A DNA stretch of 64,000 nt from an uncultured Gemmatimonadales bacterium (lineage in GTDB: Bacteria; Gemmatimonadota; Gemmatimonadetes; Gemmatimonadales; Gemmatimonadaceae): the NCBI GenBank assembly GCA_963793305.1, contig CAWBZV010000006.1:39874-103873 (forward strand). The letters are read 5' to 3'. Below the pieces are notes generated by a model that searched no databases, was not told where the DNA came from, and saw only the letters and a list, made by a program, of their open reading frames with translations. Shown here in pieces: positions 58,855-64,000 of the stretch. How positions within the stretch are numbered: position 1 is the first letter of the stretch; the number at the start of each line of letters is the position of its first letter. A program made the translations under genes and the position numbers.

Positions 58855-60783
58855 ATGGACGCGATGGCCATGATGGGCATGGGCGACTGGACAGAGACCC
58901 AGATCCGCCGCCGCTTCTGGGTCGCGCTCGCACTCACCGTCTTCCTCGTCATCCCGCACGTCGCGAATTGGGTCGCGTTCCTGCTCGCGACGCCGGTCGT
59001 CTGGTGGTGCGGCTGGATTTTCATCTCCGACGCCTACACCGACCTCCGCACGCGCAACCTCGGCATGCCGGTGCTCATCGCCACCGGCGTGCTTACGGCC
59101 TACCTCTCGAGCGTCTATCTCACGATCATCGGCTATCCGACGACGTACTTCGACGCCGCGGCGATGCTCGTCACGTTCGTGCTCTTCGGCCAGTGGATGC
59201 TGGTGCGATCCCAGCGCGGGACCGAGGACGCGCTCCACGCATTGCTCGCCCTCGTCCCGCCGACGGCACGACTCATTCGCAATGGCCAAGAGACGACCGT
59301 ACCGACCGCCGAGGTCGCCGTCGGCGACCTCCTCCGTCTCTTGCCGGGTGACAAGATCCCGGTCGATGGCGCCCTCGTCGATGGCGAGACCGACGTCGAT
59401 GAGTCATTGATCACCGGCGAGAGCCGGCCGATCCACAAGAAGTCCGGAGACACGCTCGTCGGCGGCTCGATCAACACGAGCGGCGCGGTGACGATGCGCG
59501 CGACCAAGGTCGGCAGCGAGACCGTGCTCGCGCAAATCACGGCACTGGTCGAACGCGCCCAACACTCGAAATCCCCGCGGCAGCGGCTCGCCGACAAGGC
59601 AGCAGCGGTCCTCGTTGTCGTCGCCATCAGCGCCGGGATCCTCACGTTTGCGGCGTGGACGCTCTCCGGCGCCCCATTCCTCACGGCGCTCACATTCGCC
59701 GTCTCCGCCGTCGTGATCGCGTGCCCCGACGCGCTCGGCCTCGCCACGCCGACCGCGGTCGCCGTCGGGACTGGGCTCGGCGCGAAGCACAACATTCTGA
59801 TCAAGGATGCGGACGCGCTCGAGGGTGTGAGCCGGGTCCGCACCGTCGTCTTCGACAAGACGGGCACGCTTACCGAGGGCCATCCGAGCGTCACCGAGAT
59901 TGAGCCCGCAGCTGGAGTCAGCGTCGACGACCTCCTGCGCGCTGCTGCCGCGGTCGCATCCCAGTCGACGCATCCATTGTCTGTCGCGATCACGCGTGCC
60001 GCTCGCGTCACCCCAGAGCCCGCAACACAAATCACGCAGATCCCGGGTCAGGGACTCACGGGCCGCGTCAACGGTGCGACCGTCGCCCTCGGCAACCTCG
60101 CCCTCTTGGAACGCGAGCACATCGACCCCGGCCCACTGCGCGCCGTCGGCGACGGTCTCGCCTCTCAGGGCCGCTCCTTGACGTACGTTGCCGCCGATGG
60201 CCGCGCACTCGGCGTCATCGGCATCGCTGACGCGATTCGCCCAACATCGGCCGCGGCCGTCCGCGACCTGGCATCACTTGGCGTCACGTCAGTGCTCTTG
60301 AGCGGCGACACAAAGGCAACGGCCGAGCGCGTCGCGCAGACCATCGGTATCACGCGCGTATTCGCCGAGGTACGCCCTGAGCAAAAGGCCGAATACATCG
60401 CGCGCCTGCAACACGAAGGTCAGTTCACCGCGATGGTCGGCGACGGCGTCAACGACGCGCCGGCGCTCGCTCAAGCTGACATCGGGATCGCGATCGGCGC
60501 GGGCACCAACGTCGCGATTCAGGCAGCCGAGGTGGTCCTCATGAAGTCAGACCCGGCCGACGTTGCGCACACGATCCGACTGAGCCGGGCGACGGTGCTC
60601 AAGATGAAGCAAAACCTGGCCTGGGCCGCATTCTATAACGTGCTCGCGATCCCCATCGCCGCCGGTGTCTTCTATCACTCACTCGGCTGGATCCTCGAGC
60701 CGCAGATCTCAGCCCTACTCATGTCCGGCTCGTCGCTCTTCGTCGCCACGAACGCCGTGTCCCTCCGGTTCGCGCGCATCTGA
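58855..60783 (+). CDS. Heavy-metal (Cu-type) P1B ATPase with CPD motif
   Basis: TGES, ACPDALGLATP, DKTGT, HP, GDGVNDAP, YN, MSGSS. Confidence 0.92.
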   Translation: MDAMAMMGMGDWTETQIRRRFWVALALTVFLVIPHVANWVAFLLATPVVWWCGWIFISDAYTDLRTRNLGMPVLIATGVLTAYLSSVYLTIIGYPTTYFDAAAMLVTFVLFGQWMLVRSQRGTEDALHALLALVPPTARLIRNGQETTVPTAEVAVGDLLRLLPGDKIPVDGALVDGETDVDESLITGESRPIHKKSGDTLVGGSINTSGAVTMRATKVGSETVLAQITALVERAQHSKSPRQRLADKAAAVLVVVAISAGILTFAAWTLSGAPFLTALTFAVSAVVIACPDALGLATPTAVAVGTGLGAKHNILIKDADALEGVSRVRTVVFDKTGTLTEGHPSVTEIEPAAGVSVDDLLRAAAAVASQSTHPLSVAITRAARVTPEPATQITQIPGQGLTGRVNGATVALGNLALLEREHIDPGPLRAVGDGLASQGRSLTYVAADGRALGVIGIADAIRPTSAAAVRDLASLGVTSVLLSGDTKATAERVAQTIGITRVFAEVRPEQKAEYIARLQHEGQFTAMVGDGVNDAPALAQADIGIAIGAGTNVAIQAAEVVLMKSDPADVAHTIRLSRATVLKMKQNLAWAAFYNVLAIPIAAGVFYHSLGWILEPQISALLMSGSSLFVATNAVSLRFARI

Positions 60784-60823
60784 GAGAGGTGTCGATGGAC
60801 CCATGCCGCGGCGACCATCGCCG

Positions 60824-61255
60824 TCATGGGCGCAATCCAGCAATCCAGTAGATCCAGTGCGCGCGCCAGACACCCGCGACAAAGGCCGGCCCGAACGAAC
60901 GGGCCGGATTCATTGAGGCACCAGTCAGTGGTCCGGCGGCGAGTGCGCACAGTCCGACGGTCAGTCCCACCGGGACGCCCCGCGCGGCGGCGAGGATGAC
61001 GAGCATCAGCACGAACGACAGGAGCCACTCGACCGCGAACGCCGCGGGCAGGGCGATGAGCGGAACTGTCGCGCCGAGATGGCCGACGGGGCCCAAGACG
61101 GCGCGCAGTGTGGCTGACGCGGCCATCGCCCCGACGCATTGCGCCAGGATATAGGGGATCACGTCCCGAGCCGGAAATCGTCGCGCGGACCAGAGCGCGA
61201 CGGTCACCGCGGGATTGATGTGAGCGCCCGAGATGGGCCCAAACACCCACACCAT
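60824..61255 (-). pseudogene. MIP/aquaporin family channel, N-terminally short and frameshifted by an 8-bp duplication
   Basis: SGAHINPAVT and GASMNPARSFGP; caatccag duplicated at 60833-60848; first TM missing. Confidence 0.75.
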
Positions 61256-61284
61256 ACCTCTTGATGGATTAACTACAAAAAAAG

Positions 61285-61602
61285 TCACCCGCAACAGCGG
61301 GCGACGTTGAGCGCCAGTTTCGTCGACGGCAGTGCTCCAACAAACTGCCCGATCTGCGCAAAGGCTTCGGGATTGAGCGAGTAATACGCCCACCGCCCTT
61401 CGCGCCGATCGACGACGAGCCCGGCGTCCTTCAATGTCTTGAGGTGGAACGACAGCAGCGACCGTCCGAGATCGAGCGCATCGGTGAGCTCACAGACGCA
61501 CCGCTCACCGCTCCGCAGCATGTCGACGATCTTGAGCCGATTCTCGTCCGCGAGGGCGCGGAACTGCTTGGTGATGCCGCTGACATCGGCCACGGTCGTC
61601 AT
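61285..61602 (-). CDS. arsR: ArsR/SmtB family metalloregulator
   Basis: FRALADENRL, ERCVCEL, SFHLKTLK, C-terminal CC. Confidence 0.9.
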   Translation of the reverse strand: MTTVADVSGITKQFRALADENRLKIVDMLRSGERCVCELTDALDLGRSLLSFHLKTLKDAGLVVDRREGRWAYYSLNPEAFAQIGQFVGALPSTKLALNVARCCG

Positions 61603-61607
61603 GGCCG

Positions 61608-61637
61608 ACTATACATCAATATCTATTTATATGTCAA
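61608..61637 (-). promoter_or_regulatory. Sigma70 promoter of arsR with ArsR-type operator in the spacer
   Basis: TTGACA-18 nt-TATAGT, ATG 5 nt downstream; ATCAA-N6-TTTAT imperfect palindrome at 61615-61630. Confidence 0.75.
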
Positions 61638-61724
61638 CGGATGGGGTGAGATTCGAACTCACGATACCGTTTCCGGTATGCCGGTTTTCGAGACCGGTGC
61701 CTTCAACCACTCGGCCACCCATCC
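61638..61724 (-). tRNA. tRNA-Ser(CGA)
   Basis: GGATGGG/CCCATCC acceptor stem, CCGGT-CTCGAAA-ACCGG anticodon arm, long variable arm, AGTTCGAATCT; CCA not encoded. Confidence 0.96.
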
Positions 61725-61780
61725 AAGTAGTACGGAGCGCGAAACTTAGACGATTCGTGGCCCGCGGGACAACCCGGAGA

Positions 61781-61802
61781 TGGGGACATTTTTGGGGACA
61801 TT
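61781..61802. repeat. 10-bp direct repeat resembling integrase arm-type binding sites
   Basis: tggggacatt at 61781 and 61793, between the integrase 3' end and the tRNA. Confidence 0.6.
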
Positions 61803-61865
61803 CCGCTGAGGACACTGTCAGCCCGCCTTCGGCTTCGCTACCCGCGCCGGACCGACGAGCGTCCG

Positions 61866-62999
61866 TCAATGCTCCTTGGCCAAATGCGTGTAACGCATCG
61901 TCGTGCGGACATCACTGTGCCCCACCGCCTCCTTGACCTTGGTCAAGTCCCCGCCCTCGGCGAGCCATGTCGTCACGCGCCGATGCCGAAGGTCATGCTG
62001 ATGCAGGCCAGCGGGCAGTTTCGCCCGTCGCGCGGCCGAGGCGAACGATCGGTGGAGCGATCGAATGCGCGCGCCCGCGTGGTGCCGCGCCTGGCTGATC
62101 TCGTGATGAAAGACCCACGGCGTGGGCTCGCCGTCATACGCCGCGAACCTGTACGACGCGAAGTGCTGACGGAGCGCGGCGACCAAACGATCGGTCATCG
62201 GCACCCATCTCGACTTGCCGGTCTTGGTTCTGTGACCGTTGCGACCGGTCACGACCGATAGGAACCCATCGTCGAGATGCACATCCTCTCATCGAAGCCA
62301 CATAACCTCACTCTTGCAGCGAGCGCCCGTCTCGCCAAGCATGAGCACGTAGAGGCGCAGCATCGGCCGATCTGCGCACTGAGCCAGTAGCGCCTCGTAC
62401 TGCGAGTCGGTCAGTATCACGGGATCGCGCTCGTCGGCCTTCGGCGGCTTGACCCGTGAGACGGGATTGCCCTCGCGATACTCCAGCTCGTCGGCATACG
62501 CGAAGATGCGTCCGAGCACAGCACGGTCTTTCTGTATTGTCCGATTGTGCGTGTCCGCGTCGACGCCGTCGAGCCGGTACGTTCGGCGCCACGTGAGAAA
62601 CGCGCGGATGTGAACGGCGCGAACGCTGACGATCGTTGGGTCCAGCCAATGTTCAGGCCGGACGTCCAGCACTTCGTCCTCGGGGTCGACAAAGTACCGG
62701 CGTATGATCTTCAAGCTGTCCCGATACGCGGCCTGCGTGCCCTTGGCAAGCGTGGGCATGATGGCGCTCTCGTACTCGTTGAGCAACGCCGACACGCGCA
62801 TATCGGTGACGATGGCCACGAGACGTTCCGCGGCCTGGTCCTTCAATTCCTGCTCGCGCTTGATCGCGTATGCCTCGGCGACACGGCGATCGGTCGTGGC
62901 GATCGTCGTCTTATCGCGCTTGCCGTTGACGCAGAGGTACACGCGGTACGAGTCGCCTCGTCGTTCGAGGCTGCCGGGGACGCGACGGCGTCTCGGCAT
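61866..62999 (-). pseudogene. Tyrosine recombinase/integrase with an in-frame TGA at 62289-62291
   Basis: ETGARCKSE, LR*EDV, TKTGKSRWVP, HDLRH, VGHSDVRTTMRYTH; both ORF pieces are in the same frame. Confidence 0.88.
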
Positions 63000-63003
63000 A
63001 TGG

Positions 63004-63276
63004 TCATCCCTCCCGTGGTTGTCGGCGCCGATGGCGCCGCGCAGTGGTTGCCGTCACGCTGTCCAACACCTCGGCCGCTTTGTTGCACTCGCTAGCCCAC
63101 CGCCGGAGTACCGGCGCCAGCGCCTTCGCGACGTCCTCGGAAGCACCGAGAGCGCCGTTCCTAATGCGGACCAACGTCGTGTGCGGCACCTTTGCGGCCA
63201 CGGCAAGCGAACGTTCACTGCCTGGCCACGCGCGCAGCGCCCGCACTACTGCCCTGGTTACATCCTCGCGTGACAT
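63004..63276 (-). CDS. Small XRE/Cro-like HTH protein upstream of the integrase
   Basis: SERSLAVAAKVPHTTLVRIRNG helix-turn-helix pattern; 4 nt from integrase start. Confidence 0.6.
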   Translation of the reverse strand: MSREDVTRAVVRALRAWPGSERSLAVAAKVPHTTLVRIRNGALGASEDVAKALAPVLRRWASECNKAAEVLDSVTATTARRHRRRQPREG

Positions 63277-63800
63277 GCACCACGGTGGTGTAGTGCTGTC
63301 GAGGTTGTCAAGGACGTGGCGCGCGGCCTGTGCGTCGACTCATGGGCAAACGAGTGTTACTCGGCGGCGCGCTCCGGCACCTCGTCTGGAGCACGGCACT
63401 GGCCTTGAGTGCAAGCGCTCAAGGCGTGTGGCAGAGCGAAGGGTACGGGCGCGTGTAGCCGGGGGAAACGGCATCCAAGCGCTTATCCGCGTTCTCGACG
63501 TAAGGATCGATCAGCACTATGCCGCCAACGACAGCCAGGTGCGTGTCAGCATAGAGACGTACAATCAACCCACCGAGCGAGGGCCGAAGCGCTGACCCAG
63601 CTTAGGGGGCCAGCCTGCAAACCTTATCGGCGGCTGGGCGGTCTCAACACGAGTATCCGGCTGCGCCATCTGGCTGTCGCGGCCTGGCGTACGGGCGACA
63701 CCGCTGGCTTCACGGGGGCTGTGTCCTTCGCACTCCAAGGGTCATGGGCAGACAGCGCCAGCTCTCATCCATGAAACTCGTCCGCTATGGTGCGTCCAAC

Positions 63801-64000
63801 ATGATCGTCGACACGCCCCATTCCGGGGTTATTCGTACCGAACTGATTGGGCATTTGACCGTAACCGAGGTCTTCTACGAGCCACGCATGAGGCTCAGAA
63901 CACATTTCCACGAGCTCCGCATGAAACGGGTTCTGCTGCGTTTGATCGTATTCGGCTCTTTAGTCGCCGCCCGACCTGCACGGGCCGACCAACTCGATGT
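63801..64000 (+). CDS. Partial ORF running off the window; likely exported protein starting at 63921, preceded in frame by a cupin-like fragment
   Basis: MIVDTPHSGVIRTELIGHLTVTEVFYEPRMRLRTHFHELR-MKRVLLRLIVFGSLVAARPARA-DQLD. Confidence 0.4.
   Translation, partial: MIVDTPHSGVIRTELIGHLTVTEVFYEPRMRLRTHFHELRMKRVLLRLIVFGSLVAARPARADQLD

Larger units (their letters stand above)
61781..64000. mobile_element. Left end of a (probably decayed) integrative element next to tRNA-Ser(CGA)
   Basis: Integrase, HTH gene, arm-like repeats, fragmented ORFs and visibly lower GC; other boundary not in window. Confidence 0.6.

Noticed and set aside
57723..61724. The two tRNA-Ser genes as attL/attR of one element
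   Set aside because: Both are complete, have different anticodons and variable arms, and share only normal D-arm similarity
61866..62999. Alternative genetic code (TGA=Trp) or selenocysteine in the integrase
   Set aside because: TGG is used for other Trp residues, the neighbouring HTH gene ends in TGA, and the position is not a Cys site; nonsense mutation is simpler

Overview
High-GC bacterial window, most consistent with Gemmatimonadota (inferred from SusC/SusD plus ADOP permease plus RCC1/HExxH lipoproteins; not verified). In order: the end of a phenylacetate cluster (paaG-paaH-paaJ-paaY); a phosphoesterase lipoprotein; a Bacteroidetes-style polysaccharide utilization locus (ECF sigma, FecR, SusC, SusD, GH3, GH30); an EF-G paralogue; an HExxH lipoprotein; an ADOP permease whose 3' end is triplicated around a 94-bp structured repeat that recurs at 47.3 kb; GH28-like, PAP2/vanadium haloperoxidase, atypical diheme MauG/CCP-family and phospholipase C genes beside a near-complete, mixed-orientation type II secretion cluster; tricorn protease; an in-frame YeiH-PfkA fusion; regulator/enzyme pairs; two tRNA-Ser genes bracketing a metal/metalloid module; and the edge of a decayed tyrosine-integrase element. 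About a dozen frameshifts, nearly all single-base insertions, break otherwise intact genes and are probably sequencing errors. Many starts sit 5-7 nt after a TANNNT box, suggesting leaderless transcription. The best candidates for novelty are the structured repeat with the 3'-end triplication, the peroxidase/phosphatase/T2SS locus and the YeiH-PfkA fusion. None can be confirmed from the sequence alone.
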